Source of the DNA: an uncultured bacterium
Lineage (GTDB): Bacteria; Patescibacteriota; Patescibacteriia; Magasanikbacterales; GWA2-37-8
Reading direction: 5' to 3'
Length of the DNA: 64,000 nt
Assembly (NCBI GenBank): GCA_937903605.1
Contig: CALCZC010000025.1
Coordinates: 67,275 to 131,274 of the forward strand
In this document: piece after piece, positions 54,856 through 63,867 of the stretch
Position numbering within the stretch: the first letter of the stretch is position 1
Layout: each line of letters begins with the position of its first letter
The notes under the pieces: model-generated
The model's database searches: none
What the model was told of the DNA's origin: nothing
Seen by the model: only the letters and a program-made list of their open reading frames with translations
Translations under genes and position numbers: made by a program

Positions 54856-55071
54856 ATGGCAAACAAAGACGCTATTGAAATCAAAGGGACAATCGAAGAG
54901 CTTTTACCAGCCGGTACTTTCAGAGTAAAACTTGAAAGCGGCCAGGTGGTTTTGGCTCATTTGTCCGGTAAAATGCGCCTGAATAAAATTCGTTTGGGAC
55001 TCGGCGATCAAGTAAAGATCGAGATGACCCCTTACGATTTGACTAAAGGTAGAATTATTTATCGGTTTTAA
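54856..55071 (+). CDS. infA: translation initiation factor IF-1
   Basis: S1-like OB fold. 71 aa …[34 protein letters not shown]. Confidence 0.9.
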   Translation: MANKDAIEIKGTIEELLPAGTFRVKLESGQVVLAHLSGKMRLNKIRLGLGDQVKIEMTPYDLTKGRIIYRF

Positions 55072-55093
55072 AAAATATTATTAAAAAAGAAAT

Positions 55094-55160
55094 ATCAACC
55101 ACTGCGGTGTAGCTTGACACATAAGTTGAGCGTCGATATCGCGGCAGTGGTTGATGTTTT
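55094..55160 (+). terminator. long hairpin (14-bp stem, 33-nt loop) + T-run between infA and rpmJ
   Basis: ATCAACCACTGCGG…GCGGCAGTGGTTGAT followed by GTTTTTGTG. Confidence 0.5.
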
Positions 55161-55182
55161 TGTGTAATTTAAAATTAGTTTT

Positions 55183-55296
55183 ATGAAAGTACGTCCATCG
55201 GCAAAAAAAATTTGCCAAAAATGTAAAGTCGTCAGACGTAAGGGAAGGGTTTGTGTGATTTGTTCAAATCCCAAACACAAACAACGTCAAGGTTAA
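55183..55296 (+). CDS. rpmJ: 50S ribosomal protein L36
   Basis: 37-aa [37 protein letters not shown] with the C-x2-C-x12-C-x4-H zinc ribbon. Absent from the ORF track (<60 aa). Confidence 0.85.
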   Translation: MKVRPSAKKICQKCKVVRRKGRVCVICSNPKHKQRQG

Positions 55297-55323
55297 TTTA
55301 ATTTATTAAAGTAAGTTTAACTT

Positions 55324-55710
55324 ATGCGTATAGCAGGTACCAATATACCCAAAGAAAAGAAAATACTTTTTTCTTTGCAATATGTTTACGGAGTTGGTCC
55401 GACTTTGGCGGAAAGAATTTTAAAACAAGCCAAAGTTGACGGTGATTTACGCACCAAAGATTTGACTCCCGAACAAGAAGACAAAATCCGAGCGATTGTC
55501 GAAAAAAGTTATGTTACCGAAGGAGATTTACGTCGTGAAATCGGCGCCAACATTAAACGTCTCAAAGACGTTAAATGTTATCGTGGTATTCGTCATATGA
55601 AACATTTACCTTGTCGCGGTCAAAGAACCAAGACAAATTCCAGAACAGTTCGAGGCAATACCAGAAAAACCATGGGTAGCGGTCGCAAACCCTCTGGTAT
55701 CAAGACTTAA
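55324..55710 (+). CDS. rpsM: 30S ribosomal protein S13
   Basis: MRIAGTNIPKEKKILFSLQYVYGVGPTLAERIL…. Confidence 0.9.
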   Translation: MRIAGTNIPKEKKILFSLQYVYGVGPTLAERILKQAKVDGDLRTKDLTPEQEDKIRAIVEKSYVTEGDLRREIGANIKRLKDVKCYRGIRHMKHLPCRGQRTKTNSRTVRGNTRKTMGSGRKPSGIKT

Positions 55711-55739
55711 TTTTTTAATTTGGTAAGATTTTGTAATAT

Positions 55740-56141
55740 ATGGCAACAGAACAAGCAAAAAAAGTAAAAGCTAAAAAGAAAAAAGTGGTTAAACAAGTAC
55801 CACGTGCCGTGGCGCACATTTTGGCTTCTTACAACAATACCATCATTACCGTCACCGATCCCAATGGCAATGCGTTGGGTTGGGCTTCTGCCGGTATGGC
55901 TGGTTTCAAAGGTCCTAAAAAAGCCACTCCTTATGCTGCTTCCGTGGTAGTAAAAAATTTAGCGGAGAAAATTGTTGATTATGGTGTAAAAGAAGTGAGT
56001 GTTTTTGTGAAAGGTATCGGTCAAGGTCGTGAAGGCGCCATTCGCGCTTTTCATACCAACGGCATCAATGTGATTTCTATCAATGATGTCACCCCGATCC
56101 CGCACAATGGTTGTCGTCCGCCGAAGCCTCGTCGCGTTTAA
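55740..56141 (+). CDS. rpsK: 30S ribosomal protein S11
   Basis: …AHILASYNNTIITVTDPNGNALGWASAGMAGFKG…. Confidence 0.9.
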   Translation: MATEQAKKVKAKKKKVVKQVPRAVAHILASYNNTIITVTDPNGNALGWASAGMAGFKGPKKATPYAASVVVKNLAEKIVDYGVKEVSVFVKGIGQGREGAIRAFHTNGINVISINDVTPIPHNGCRPPKPRRV

Positions 56142-56167
56142 TACTTCTGAAATCTTAATTTATAGAT

Positions 56168-56794
56168 ATGTCTAAAAAAATTAATACCAATTGCGCACAA
56201 TGTCGTCGCGCCGGAGTAAAATTGATGCTTAAGGGAGAAAAATGTTTGGGACCAAAATGTCCTTTCGCCAAACGTAGTTATGCTCCGGGACAACATGGTC
56301 CTAATTCTCGTCGTGGAAAACTTTCCGGATATGGTGCTCAATTGAAAGAAAAACAAAAAGCCAAAAGAACTTATGGTCTGATAGAAAGACAATTTGCCAA
56401 CTATGTGAATAAAGCCGAATCTAAATTGGGAGATACGTCCAAAATTTTGTTGGCAATGTTGGAACAACGTCTTGATAACGTAGTTTATCGCATGGGTTTG
56501 GGAAAATCTCGTTTGGCCGCTCGTCAAATAGTTTCCCATGGTTTAGTAACCGTCAATGGTAAAAAAGTTGACGTTCCTTCATATAATGTAAAAATCGGCG
56601 ATGTTGTTGCTTTGGGTTCTAAGGGAAAAAATAAAAAAGGATTTGAAAATATCGGAGAAAAATTATCAAAAGTTGAAACTCCAGCTTGGTTGGGCTTGGA
56701 TGTCAAAAACATCTCTGCTAAAGTTTTGAACGTACCTCAAGTAGAAGATCCTGGTTTCAGTGTCAAAGCTATCATTGAGTATTATTCACGTTAA
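56168..56794 (+). CDS. rpsD: 30S ribosomal protein S4
   Basis: N-terminal zinc-ribbon-like CAQCRRAG…C…C and an S4 RNA-binding domain. Confidence 0.9.
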   Translation: MSKKINTNCAQCRRAGVKLMLKGEKCLGPKCPFAKRSYAPGQHGPNSRRGKLSGYGAQLKEKQKAKRTYGLIERQFANYVNKAESKLGDTSKILLAMLEQRLDNVVYRMGLGKSRLAARQIVSHGLVTVNGKKVDVPSYNVKIGDVVALGSKGKNKKGFENIGEKLSKVETPAWLGLDVKNISAKVLNVPQVEDPGFSVKAIIEYYSR

Positions 56795-56815
56795 AAATTT
56801 TTAATTTTAAACCAT

Positions 56816-57655
56816 ATGGAGAACTTATTATTACCGTCAAAAATTGAGTTTAATGAAGGCGAACAAGGTAATATCGGGGTGGTTACCGTCAGTCCGTGTT
56901 ATTTCGGCTACGGCACAACTCTGGGAAACGCTTTGCGTCGCGTACTTTTATCTTCTTTGCCGGGGGCAGCGGTAGAATCTTTCAAAATTAAAGGCGTTCA
57001 ACATGAATTTTCTACCATCGAAGGAGTAAAGGAAGATGTTGTAGAAATAATGTTAAACCTAAAACAATTGGTGGTAAAAGTTTATTCGCAAGAACCGGTA
57101 ACATTGGTACTTACCAAAAAAGGTCCTGGTGCGGTCACAGCAGCTGATTTTGAAAAAAATGCTGATGTGGAAATTATCAATTCCGACTTAGTTATTGCCA
57201 ATTTAACCGCCAATAAAACTTTTGAAATGGAAATTACTGTGGGAGTTGGCAGAGGTTTTAGAACGGTTGAAGAAAAAGATAAACAAGCTGTTGATTTGGG
57301 AACTGTTTTGATAGATTCCATCTATACTCCGGTCAAAGATGTTGGTTATCATGTTGAATATACTCGTGTAGGAGATATTACCAACTATGAAAAATTGACT
57401 TTAACCATTGAAACCAACGGTTCAATTTCACCAAAATTGGCCTTACAACAAGCCAATGACATCTTGATGGAACATTTCAAAATCGTCGCTTCCGGTATAA
57501 AAACCGAAGAAGAACTATACAGTGAACCGGAAATTTCTCTAGAAAAAGAAATTGAAGGAATAGATGAAGAAACACCGATAAAAGAAAAAAAGAAAAAGGG
57601 GGAAGAAAAGGTCGCTAAAAAAGTTAAAAAAACCACTAGTAAAAAAAGTAAGTAA
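56816..57655 (+). CDS. rpoA: DNA-directed RNA polymerase subunit alpha (short, Lys-rich C-terminal tail)
   Basis: Alpha NTD dimerisation motifs (…GYGTTLGNALRRVLLSS…). Conserved gene order. Confidence 0.85.
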   Translation: MENLLLPSKIEFNEGEQGNIGVVTVSPCYFGYGTTLGNALRRVLLSSLPGAAVESFKIKGVQHEFSTIEGVKEDVVEIMLNLKQLVVKVYSQEPVTLVLTKKGPGAVTAADFEKNADVEIINSDLVIANLTANKTFEMEITVGVGRGFRTVEEKDKQAVDLGTVLIDSIYTPVKDVGYHVEYTRVGDITNYEKLTLTIETNGSISPKLALQQANDILMEHFKIVASGIKTEEELYSEPEISLEKEIEGIDEETPIKEKKKKGEEKVAKKVKKTTSKKSK

Positions 57656-57661
57656 ACCCCT

Positions 57662-58012
57662 ATGAGACACAAAAGTAAAAAAATAACTTTGGATAGAGCT
57701 AAAGCCGGAAGACGCGCGTTGATGGCCAATCTGGTTGAAAGTTTGATTTTGTACGGAAAAATAAAAACAACCAAAGCCAAAGCCAGAGCGACTCGTTCCG
57801 CAATAGAAAAATTGATCACTATTGCCAAGAAAAATAATTTAGCTGCCCGTCGACAAATTTCTAAAACATTATATACAAAAAATGCGGTTAAAAAGTTGAT
57901 GGAAGTATATGGTCCGAAATATAATGAAACCAAAGGCGGCTGCACCAGAATTATTACTTTAAAAAACCGTAAAGGCGACGGAGCCGAAGAAGCGGTTGTA
58001 GAATTTATTTAA
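57662..58012 (+). CDS. rplQ: 50S ribosomal protein L17
   Basis: MRHKSKKITLDRAKAGRRALMANL…. Confidence 0.9.
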   Translation: MRHKSKKITLDRAKAGRRALMANLVESLILYGKIKTTKAKARATRSAIEKLITIAKKNNLAARRQISKTLYTKNAVKKLMEVYGPKYNETKGGCTRIITLKNRKGDGAEEAVVEFI

Positions 58013-58023
58013 TTTTTTTAGCT

Positions 58024-58371
58024 ATGAATAGAAAGAAAATTGAAATTGACGCCACAGACATGGCTCCGGGACGTTTAGCCACAAAAATCGCGATGATTTT
58101 GATGGGTAAACACAAAGTCGGCTATGAACCGCGCTTGGACAAAGGAGATAAAGTCGTGATAGTCAATGTAGAAAAATTAAAATTTACCGGTAAAAAGTTG
58201 GATCAAAAAGTTTATCGTCACCACAGTATGCATCCAGGCGGTTTGAAAGAAACTCCGGCTAAAAAAATCATGAAAGAAGATCCTAAAAAAATTGTTTTGC
58301 ATGCTGTCGCGAAAATGTTGCCGAAAAACAAATTACGCGACGGAAGAATGTTAAGAATATCATTTAAATAA
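58024..58371 (+). CDS. rplM: 50S ribosomal protein L13
   Basis: …DATDMAPGRLATKIAMILMGKHK…. Confidence 0.85.
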   Translation: MNRKKIEIDATDMAPGRLATKIAMILMGKHKVGYEPRLDKGDKVVIVNVEKLKFTGKKLDQKVYRHHSMHPGGLKETPAKKIMKEDPKKIVLHAVAKMLPKNKLRDGRMLRISFK

Positions 58372-58379
58372 TTTGTTCT

Positions 58380-58805
58380 ATGGCAAAAACAACAGTAAAA
58401 ACTTTAAAAAACGCTAAAAAGAAAGATGAAAACAGATCAGTTGGTCGTCGTAAATCAGCTGCTGCCAGAGTTAAGATAGACAAAGGTGAAGGTAAAATCA
58501 TTGTTAACGGCAAAGATTACAAAGAATATTTTTCTTTTTTTGAACAAGGTTTGGTTATCGTGCCTCTTAAAACCTTGGCAAAAGAAAAAGATTTGGATAT
58601 TTCCGTAAAAGTTAGCGGTGGTGGTAAAAAAGGCCAAGCTATAGCCGTACAACACGGTATTGCTCGTGCCTTGGTCAAATGGAACGAAGAATTTCGTAAG
58701 ACTTTGAAAGTTTCCGGATTATTGACTCGTGATGCTCGTGTAAAAGAAAGAAAGAAACCGGGTTTGAAAAAAGCTCGCAGAGCACCGCAATGGTCGAAGC
58801 GTTAA
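58380..58805 (+). CDS. rpsI: 30S ribosomal protein S9
   Basis: C-terminal …KKARRAPQWSKR. Confidence 0.9.
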   Translation: MAKTTVKTLKNAKKKDENRSVGRRKSAAARVKIDKGEGKIIVNGKDYKEYFSFFEQGLVIVPLKTLAKEKDLDISVKVSGGGKKGQAIAVQHGIARALVKWNEEFRKTLKVSGLLTRDARVKERKKPGLKKARRAPQWSKR

Positions 58806-58925
58806 GCGAGACCAGTGTGGCAGAGGGGGGTCGGGGGAACTGGGTGTTCCACCGCGGAGGAGAGCAGTGAAGCGCTGAGAACCGTGGGTTCTTAGAGCGC
58901 GCAGCGCCCGCAAATGGAGCAAACG
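58806..58925 (+). other. GC-rich (~65%) 120-nt structured segment downstream of rpsI; candidate small RNA or structured 3' UTR
   Basis: Composition is sharply different from flanking DNA. Strong hairpin GCGCUGAGAAC-CGUGG-GUUCUUAGAGCGC. It is followed by an independent terminator. Confidence 0.3.
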
Positions 58926-58939
58926 TTAATATTACTTCA

Positions 58940-58972
58940 AAAAAATCCCGATTTTACATCGGGATTTTTTGT
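58940..58972 (+). terminator. rho-independent terminator of the r-protein operon
   Basis: AAAAAATCCCGAT-tttacA-TCGGGATTTTTTG. Confidence 0.75.
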
Positions 58973-59015
58973 TTGAAAAAAGAATAGATTACTGATATAA
59001 TGGAAGAAACAAAAT

Positions 59016-60443
59016 ATGGCTAATAGTATTGCAAAAAATACGACTTTTATGACAATTGCTTCGATCGCTCAGCGGATCGTTTCTTTTGTTTACTTTATCA
59101 TCATTGCGCGAATTATCGGAGTAGAGAATACCGGCGATTACTTTTTTGCTTTATCCTTTTCTACCATATTTTTGGTAGTGGCTGATTTCGGGCTTAACAA
59201 TGTATTGGTTCGAGAATTAGCGAGAAACCAAGAAAAAGGAAATAGTTATTTGAATAGTTTATTGAGTTTGAAATTTTTCCTCGGTATTTTTTCTTACGCT
59301 TTGATAATTTTATTCGCTAATATTTTGGGTTATTCGGAAAATATCAAACAATTGATTTATGTTGCAGGTATCACGGTGGTTTTTGACAGTTTGCAAAATC
59401 TTTTTTATGCCTCTTTGCGCGCGGCGGAAAAACTGAAATATGAAGCTTTTGGGATTTTTATGTCTCAGGTTTTAACTATGGTTATCGGAACAACAGCTTT
59501 ACTTTTGCACTGGCCGCTTTATTTTCTTATTTTAGCTTATACAATCCCGAGTTTTTTGAGTGTTTTTTACGCCGGATATTTTACTGCTAAAAATGTTGGC
59601 TGGAAATTTCACCCTGTTTGGAAAAAAGAAATTTTGCAACCTTTTTTCTTCATGGCTTTGCCATTTTTTGCGGCCGCGATTATCGGCAAACTCTATTCTT
59701 TTAGCGACTCTCTTTTGATGAGTAAAATTCTTGACAGTACGCAATTGGGTTATTGGAGTGTGCCATATAAAATAGTTTTTGCATTTCAGTTTATTCCTAT
59801 AGCTTTGACCGCCAGTTTATATCCGGTCATTTCTGCGCTTCACACCGGGGAAAACAAAGAGCGCATCGCGCAATTACTTCTCAAAGGTTGGCGCTATTTA
59901 TTACTTATTGTCATGCCTCTCATGTTTGGAATTTACGCTATAGCTGATAATTTTATCATATCTTTTTATACGTCTGCCTATGCACCATCTGTTGCCGTGC
60001 TCAAGATTTTGATTTTTAGCCTGGTTTTCGGTTATCTCAATTATACTATGGCCGCACTGCTTAATGCGGTAAATAAACAAACCGAGCAAACACTGTTGGT
60101 TTTGTTAGCCCTGATCTTAAGTGTTTGTCTAAATTTGTGGCTATTACCAAAAGCGGGGGTGTTGGGTGCCGCTATTTCCGCTTTGCTTAGTAATGCTATT
60201 TTATTTATTTTTACATTATGGCGTGTGCGAAAAATTGTTTTATTGCCAATACGTGATATTATAGCTTTGGTTGATAAATGTCTCTGGCCGGCGGTTATTA
60301 TGGCGGCAGCGGTTGTTTATTTACAAAATTATTTTCATTTCATCGCTTGTATCTTTTTAGGCGCTTTGATTTATATTGCTTTGGCTTTTGTTTTTGGCGG
60401 TTTGGTGCGTGAAGATCTAAACATTAAAAAAATTATTTTATAA
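59016..60443 (+). CDS. polysaccharide flippase (Wzx/MOP-superfamily oligosaccharide flippase)
   Basis: 475 aa with about 12–14 TM helices. Context with GT genes. Confidence 0.65.
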   Translation: MANSIAKNTTFMTIASIAQRIVSFVYFIIIARIIGVENTGDYFFALSFSTIFLVVADFGLNNVLVRELARNQEKGNSYLNSLLSLKFFLGIFSYALIILFANILGYSENIKQLIYVAGITVVFDSLQNLFYASLRAAEKLKYEAFGIFMSQVLTMVIGTTALLLHWPLYFLILAYTIPSFLSVFYAGYFTAKNVGWKFHPVWKKEILQPFFFMALPFFAAAIIGKLYSFSDSLLMSKILDSTQLGYWSVPYKIVFAFQFIPIALTASLYPVISALHTGENKERIAQLLLKGWRYLLLIVMPLMFGIYAIADNFIISFYTSAYAPSVAVLKILIFSLVFGYLNYTMAALLNAVNKQTEQTLLVLLALILSVCLNLWLLPKAGVLGAAISALLSNAILFIFTLWRVRKIVLLPIRDIIALVDKCLWPAVIMAAAVVYLQNYFHFIACIFLGALIYIALAFVFGGLVREDLNIKKIIL

Positions 60444-60452
60444 AAGGAATTT

Positions 60453-61565
60453 ATGAAAACGCTTATTATAACATTGGAATATCCGCCAAAAATCGGAGGT
60501 ATAGCTTCTTATACTTATAATTTTGCTTCTCATTTGAAACCGGAAGAAGTTTTTCTTTATGCCCCCAAACAATCAGGGGATAAAGAATTTGATGCTCATA
60601 ATGATTGGAAAACATATCGTTTCAAGCCATATTTTAGGATTTTATGGCCAAGATGGTTGAGAATGTTTTTTCAAGTTCGTAAAATAATAAAAAAAGAAAA
60701 AATAGAAAAAATTTATGTTCACCATGCGTTACCTTCCGGTTATGTGGCTTATTTATGTAAAAAGTTCTATAAAATTCCATATATCGTCTTTTTTCATGGT
60801 ACGGATTTGGAAGTCGGACTCAAGAAAAAAGCACGCAAAATAAAACTGGTTTGCGATGGAGCAGAAAAAATTGTCGTTAGCAGTCATTTTCTAAAAAATA
60901 AAATAACAATGAGAATAGAAAGTTTGGAAGAAAAAATTATAATTTTACATCCATGTCCGGGAGATTTCTTTTTACAACCGATTAAAACAGAAGAGTTAGA
61001 AAATTTACGGGCGAAGTTGGCACTTAAAGGTAAAAAAGTTTTGATTTCTGTAGGGAGAATGGCGGATGGCAAAGGTTTTCCTCATATGGTCAGATTATTG
61101 CCAAAGATTTTGGAAAAAGTTCCGAATTTGGTTTGGTTGGTTGTAGGCGATGGTCCTAAAAAAGAAGATTTGATTAAAAATATTCAAAAAAATTACCTGC
61201 AAAATGTCGCTCGTATTATGGGCTTTATTCCCTTAGCGGAACTACCTAAATATTATCAGTTAGCTGACACATTTGTTTTACTTACCCATAAAGACGAAGA
61301 GAGTGAAGAGGGTTGGGGGACTGCATTTCTAGAAGCTGCAGCGTCTGGTTTGCCGGTGATTGCCGGACGTGTGGGTGGAGTGGAAGAAGTGATAGAAAAT
61401 TTGGTTACCGGTATAGTGGTTGATGTTTATCAAGATCAGGGTGTTGTTTCCGCAATTTCCGAACTTTTGAAAAATCCAGATTATGCTAGACAGATGGGAG
61501 AAGCAGGACGCCAGAGAATTCTGGCTGAATTTAATTGGGAGAAACAGATAGCGAAGTTAAATTAA
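60453..61565 (+). CDS. glycosyltransferase family 4 (GT-B, group 1)
   Basis: C-terminal E-x7-E-like region (…EGWGTAFLEAAASGLPVIAGRVGGVEEV…). Confidence 0.8.
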   Translation: MKTLIITLEYPPKIGGIASYTYNFASHLKPEEVFLYAPKQSGDKEFDAHNDWKTYRFKPYFRILWPRWLRMFFQVRKIIKKEKIEKIYVHHALPSGYVAYLCKKFYKIPYIVFFHGTDLEVGLKKKARKIKLVCDGAEKIVVSSHFLKNKITMRIESLEEKIIILHPCPGDFFLQPIKTEELENLRAKLALKGKKVLISVGRMADGKGFPHMVRLLPKILEKVPNLVWLVVGDGPKKEDLIKNIQKNYLQNVARIMGFIPLAELPKYYQLADTFVLLTHKDEESEEGWGTAFLEAAASGLPVIAGRVGGVEEVIENLVTGIVVDVYQDQGVVSAISELLKNPDYARQMGEAGRQRILAEFNWEKQIAKLN

Positions 61566-61656
61566 TTTGGTATATTGTATACCGTATGTCGTATATCGTA
61601 TAGTTTATATTATGCTTACAATATACTAAATACTATATACGAAATACGTTTTTCAT

Positions 61657-62361
61657 ATGGTCTCAGTAATCATTCCCATCTACAACCACAAACACACAAT
61701 AATCCCGACTTTAGAGTCCATAATGGGGCAATCTTATCGTCCTATAGAAGTGATAATTGTGAATGATGGTAGCAATGACGGATTTGAAGAAATGGTGCCA
61801 AAATTGACTCAAATAGGCCGTATCAACGGGGTAGACGTTAAAATACTCAACCAAGCCAATTTCGGGGCTCCTAAGGCCAGAAATGAGGGTTTTTTGGCCT
61901 CCCGCGGGGAGTATGTTATCTTTTGGGATGCTGATACTATTGGTGAATCCCAAATGCTGTCAAAAATGGCTTCGGTTCTGGATAAAAAACCAAATATCAG
62001 TTTTGTTTACAGCGGGTTTAAATTTGGTTGGAAAAAATTTAGAAACTGTACTTTTGAACCTGAAAAATTGAAAAAATTCAATTATGTAGATATTACCAGT
62101 TTGATAAGAAGAAAAGATTTTGTGCCATTTGATGAAAGTTTAAAAAAATTCCAAGATTGGGATTTTTGGCTGGGTCTCACACTGTCTGGAAAAAAAGGTG
62201 AGTGGATTGATGAAATTTTGTATCAAAAAATAGTTCGCGGGAGAAAGGGTATTAGCTTCTGGTTGCCGAAGTTTGTTTATAAACTTCCTTGGAAGATGGA
62301 AGAAGTAAAAAAATATGAGGAAGCGAAAAAGGTTATATATAAAAAACATCACTTAGATTAG
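61657..62361 (+). CDS. glycosyltransferase family 2
   Basis: VSVIIPIYNH…VNDGSNDG and DAD (FWDADT). Confidence 0.8.
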   Translation: MVSVIIPIYNHKHTIIPTLESIMGQSYRPIEVIIVNDGSNDGFEEMVPKLTQIGRINGVDVKILNQANFGAPKARNEGFLASRGEYVIFWDADTIGESQMLSKMASVLDKKPNISFVYSGFKFGWKKFRNCTFEPEKLKKFNYVDITSLIRRKDFVPFDESLKKFQDWDFWLGLTLSGKKGEWIDEILYQKIVRGRKGISFWLPKFVYKLPWKMEEVKKYEEAKKVIYKKHHLD

Positions 62362-62400
62362 TATTTAGTATATAGTATTAAGTATTCGGTATAAAAATAA

Positions 62401-62426
62401 AAAAGACCGTTAGTAGACGGTCTTTT
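62401..62426. terminator. bidirectional hairpin terminator between convergent genes
   Basis: AAAAGACCGT-tagtag-ACGGTCTTTT. Confidence 0.7.
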
Positions 62427-62522
62427 GTTATCCCCGCGGGCCAACGGCCTCCCTTTGGGAAAGGCGGGGATCCAGAAAATTTAATTACTACCACTGGATT
62501 CTTGCTTTCGCAGGAATGACAG
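62426..62522. repeat. two family-1 units in opposite orientation
   Basis: ttgttatccccgcgggccaacggcctccctttgggaaaggcggggatccag … ccactggattcttgctttcgcaggaatgacag (reverse complement of the 21656 unit). Confidence 0.7.
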
Positions 62523-63863
62523 TAAAAAAATTATCAAAATTATTCCCATCACATGAAATAACGCCGGAGAAGTGAAATTGATAATCAAAATGGAAATTAG
62601 AAGCGACAAAGAAAGTTTGTTATTTTTTGTTTGTTTAAATAACAACCAAATTAAAGCCATCCAGATTAGAATTCCAACAATTCCCATTTCACCGATAATT
62701 TCGAGATATCCCCAATCATAATGCGAAGTAGTAATTTCTTTTTTGAAAATAGGGGAATAAACGGCTATGGTATCACCTAAACCATTACCAATAAGTGGGT
62801 TAGTTTTTATTTTCTCCCAAATTTTTGGCAATAACATCATACGAGAAAGCGAACTATTCTCGGAGCTTGGGTCGATTACACTTTGAGCACGACCAAGAAG
62901 TAAATTTAATCCTGCGTCTTTACCTTGAGTTATTATTAAGTTTGTTGAACAAAAAATAAATATATAAATAAAAGCGGAAAGAAAAAAAACAGAAAAAGTT
63001 TTTTTCCAATTTAGTTTGGTGATTAAAAATAAACATCCGAAAATTATCGCCAGATGATAGATACGAGTAAAGTTAATCCCGAGAACAAAAAGTAAAGCGG
63101 ATAATATGGTAATATTTTGCCAAGTAATTTTTTCTTTGATGATTTTATAAAGCCAATAAAGCAAAATAGGCGCCAAAAGCAGTTGTTCGTTGAGAACCAG
63201 ACGGAAGAAATTTCCGCCCATTTCCGTAATCTTTCCCAAACCGATATCGCGGTACCAGTGGTAATATGGATCAAACATTACCAAAGTACCGGAAGAATAA
63301 CCGATGAAAGTCAACAAAACAAACAAAGCATTGCCAATAATGGCAGCCAAAATAAGTTTTTTGACAAATGAAACAAATTCAGCATTATCCAAAAGTTCTT
63401 TGAGCGGAAAATAATAAAAAAGAAAAAAATAGGGGAGAATGTCGGAAAAAATCAAATTCATACTGTGCCCGTTTAGCAAACCAACAACAGCTGAAATACC
63501 GGCGGATAATATTAATAAGCTAAAAATTAGGCTTATGATTCTATCCTCTTTAATTAAAGGAATCAATTGTTTTCGTTTCAGTTTTTGAAAGACAAAAATT
63601 AAGGCCGAAGAAATCAAGAGTAAAGTACGTAAAGATAGACCGAAAGCGGATAGAAATCCGCCGGCCCCGCCCAAAATAATTTCAAACGCAATCAAATACC
63701 AACCTTCTTTTCTTTTGGCAATAAGCAAAGCAGCGGTTATACTCAAAAAAAACAAAGTTAAAACGGTATTCATCCAATCGCCGGGTTGGAAATAAAAAGA
63801 AAAGACGCGTAGTAGTGCGTAGTCTAGTAAGAGTAGATAAGTGGGGTAGGTGGAGAAAGACAT
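62481..63863 (-). CDS. O-antigen-ligase-like / Wzy-like polytopic membrane protein
   Basis: 460 aa with about 12 TM helices and a periplasmic loop. Sits in the glycan cluster. Confidence 0.45.
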   Translation of the reverse strand: MSFSTYPTYLLLLDYALLRVFSFYFQPGDWMNTVLTLFFLSITAALLIAKRKEGWYLIAFEIILGGAGGFLSAFGLSLRTLLLISSALIFVFQKLKRKQLIPLIKEDRIISLIFSLLILSAGISAVVGLLNGHSMNLIFSDILPYFFLFYYFPLKELLDNAEFVSFVKKLILAAIIGNALFVLLTFIGYSSGTLVMFDPYYHWYRDIGLGKITEMGGNFFRLVLNEQLLLAPILLYWLYKIIKEKITWQNITILSALLFVLGINFTRIYHLAIIFGCLFLITKLNWKKTFSVFFLSAFIYIFIFCSTNLIITQGKDAGLNLLLGRAQSVIDPSSENSSLSRMMLLPKIWEKIKTNPLIGNGLGDTIAVYSPIFKKEITTSHYDWGYLEIIGEMGIVGILIWMALIWLLFKQTKNNKLSLSLLISILIINFTSPALFHVMGIILIIFLLSFLRKQESSGSN

Positions 63864-63867
63864 GCAG

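Noticed and set aside
55114-55145. TTGACA hexamer inside the loop of the infA–rpmJ hairpin as an internal promoter
   Set aside because: There is no convincing -10 element at 17±1 nt. The hairpin + T-run is more simply an attenuating terminator within the operon.
58806-58925. Possible 5S rRNA, SRP RNA or tRNA in the GC-rich segment after rpsI
   Set aside because: Manual comparison with 5S (helix I pairing, loop-C/loop-E motifs), 4.5S (GGAA tetraloop and AGCAGC) and tRNA (T-loop GGTTCGAATCC) did not give a consistent fit. I retained it only as an unclassified structured element.
233-63371. Numerous short antisense or overlapping ORFs in the six-frame track (for example 233–439 −, 3170–3715 −, 27359–27901 −, 31105–31560 −, 41320–41661 −, 46551–47039 −, 57385–57945 −)
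   Set aside because: They lie entirely inside well-supported genes on the opposite strand or in another frame. They have low-complexity or hydrophobic translations and no start or RBS context.
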